DNA of 63,179 nt, counting the filler, from Octopus bimaculoides (lineage: Eukaryota), in NCBI RefSeq assembly GCF_001194135.2. It is 5 parts of 5 records of this genome, joined end to end, with 100 filler letters (N's around TTAATTAATTAA, not from the genome) between each part and the next. Parts side by side here need not be neighbours in the genome. Positions count along the whole stretch, not along the records: positions 48,566 to 63,179 come from NC_068990.1; 4 more parts are not named here. One strand, given 5' to 3'. The notes below the pieces were generated by a model, which was not told the DNA's origin, did not search any database, and worked only from the letters and a program-made list of their open reading frames with translations. The translations under genes were made by a program, and so were the position numbers. Shown one piece after another: positions 61,530-63,179 of the stretch; positions within the stretch are counted from its first letter, which is position 1; each line of letters starts with the position of its first letter.

Positions 61530-62900
61530 CTGGGTCTCTTGACGATCATCTGATCGTAAAACCCGTGGCAAATCATCCCTGGGCTCAAATCACAGCGGAT
61601 CGATAATTGCTACAGCAAAGACCTCTTCCCCACAGGAAACTGCAGCTTATGATACTAGTGCATCTGACAGTACTTGGGGGAGAACGACGGTTATGTGGCC
61701 TGCTGCTCATGAGAAAGGAAGATATAAAGAGTTTGAGAACAAGGTGTCTCAAGCTCTTTATAATATGACAGGTTCTACAGTGGAGAAACTGGGGAAGTTA
61801 ACAAGCTCAATTTACGATACAGGAAAGGAATTATTTGGAGTAAAAGAGAACATCCGATTAGCGAAAGGAAAGTGTTGAGCAAGCAGGAGAATCAGGAAAA
61901 TGAAGCTGTTGAGGAGAGAAAAGAACAGCCTAAGAAAACGATGGAAATGTGCTGAGGAAGACGAAAATCTGGCCACGCGCTGCTGTATGAAGAGTTAAAA
62001 AGGAAATGTCGTTGTGTGCAACAGCATATCCACCGATATGAACGGCGAAAGGAAATTAAAAGGACTCATGAACAGTTTCTGATGAAGCTGTTCAGTGAAC
62101 CCAAGAGTGGCACTTTGTCATGCACAAAAAGAAGAATTGGATGCTCATATCAAACAAAACTACAGCGAACGAAACTGTAACCAGCCACTGCCACCTTTAA
62201 ATGGGCTAAAACATCTCTTAGAATCTGATAGCGAATTTCAAATTGGGGACATCAGAGAGAAGGAGGTGAATGATTTCGTGAGAAAGGCTAGAGCAAAGAA
62301 TGCCCCAGGAGAAGTTATTTGTCCTACTCCGATAGCTGTGGCGCGAAGAGACTCTAGTACAGGATTGGTGTAAGGCAGAAGGTATATACTTGCCGAAGGA
62401 GGCCAATGCAGAGACTATAAAATAGTTTAGGCCGAAAGCCTTATTGAATGTGGAAGGCAAGTTATTTATGGGAATCATCTCAAGGAGAAAAATAGCTTAT
62501 CTACTGAGTAATGGATATGATGATGGATTTGTTCAAAAGACCGGAAATTTCTGGGATCCCTCGATGCGTTGGGCATTATTTTTCAAAGGAGATCGAGGCT
62601 GCCAAACAGAACAAGATAAGCCTGAACGTGGTATGGTGTGATGTAGCTAATGAATATGGCTCAGCGCCACACGAATTTCTGATGTGAGCCGTGGACCACC
62701 TCCACATTCCAATGAAAGTAACAAGATTAATGAGAATATAGTCTGACAGTTTCAAGATGAACTTTAGAATTGGAAATTTTACAACAGATTGGCAACAATT
62801 TTACAACATCATGGTGAGAGGGATAACTTCCCTTGGTAAACAGGACACAGTCGTGTGTCGATAAGCCAGCTGGAGGAGATGTCCTCCTGGGGCTAAAAGC
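61530..62900 (+). mobile_element. Decayed HERO-like (RLE-clade) non-LTR retrotransposon
   Basis: WPAAHEKGRYKEFENKVSQAL..STVEKLGKLTSSIYDTGKELFG, KEELDAHIKQNYS, VRKARAKNAPG, LLNVEGKLFMGIISRR.IAYLLSNGY, VVWCDVANEYGSAPH and FTTDWQQ match recalled HERO motifs. Many stops and frameshifts; breaks off before the YxDD motif. Confidence 0.85.
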
Positions 62901-62918
62901 AACAGTAATATCCACCCC

Positions 62919-63000
62919 TAGGGGTCAGCCACACTTAAGTGGCAATATACTACACTTTATCGTGCAGTTACTGTTAATACTTCATTTAGAGAATTAACAT
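62919..63000 (+). repeat. 82-bp sequence, copy 2 (identical to 59038-59119)
   Basis: Base-by-base identity with copy 1. Confidence 0.95.
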
Positions 63001-63001
63001 A

Positions 63002-63027
63002 TCTATATATATAAAAATTAGAATGTG

Positions 63028-63058
<31 letters not shown>

Positions 63059-63179
63059 GTGAATCCCTAAAACTCGAGAACTACGCAACCAATTTCATTC
63101 AAATTTTACACATGCCTTACTTAGGGCTCCAGTTGTGTTTTAGTCAAAAAAAATTATTAACTTCTTGCAGAGTTCGAGC
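63002..63179 (+). mobile_element. 5' end of a non-autonomous Helitron-like element (runs off the window)
   Basis: A|TCTATATATATAAAA start, (GTCT)n tract, then gaactacgcaaccaatttcattcaaattttacaca; the typical layout of short Helitron-like elements. The 3' CTAG end is not visible. Confidence 0.6.

Overview
AT-rich, gap-ridden (many N runs) eukaryotic draft-genome window, dominated by microsatellites (TA, CA, GA, GATA, TAA, GAT) and short interspersed repeats. The repeat sequences and assembly style look like an octopus genome, probably the Octopus bimaculoides draft; this is an inference from recalled repeat sequences, not a database result. I recognise no intact host gene, rRNA, true tRNA or CRISPR array. 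Nearly all supplied ORFs are translations of simple repeats or N runs. What is supportable is a transposon landscape: (1) about 35 copies of four tRNA-derived SINE types that share or swap head, core and tail modules, one full-length with a perfect 17-bp TSD; (2) decayed retroelements: R4/Dong-type RT starting exactly at a (TAA)7 run, a separate R4-type restriction-like endonuclease fragment, a HERO-type RT, a Penelope-like RT and an RTE-like remnant; (3) two decayed Tc1/mariner transposases, a TA-flanked MITE with 25-bp TIRs, a fold-back element, a Helitron-like 5' end and a DINE-1/HINE-like piece. Two promoter-like motif clusters (about 6.9-7.0 kb and 25.8-25.9 kb) and several exon-shaped islands are weak candidates for unrecognised host genes. 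TTAATTAATTAA islands inside gaps are assembly linkers. I found no convincing new biological system. SINE family labels A-D are my own working names, and most repeat boundaries are approximate (about +/-10-20 bp) unless stated as exact.
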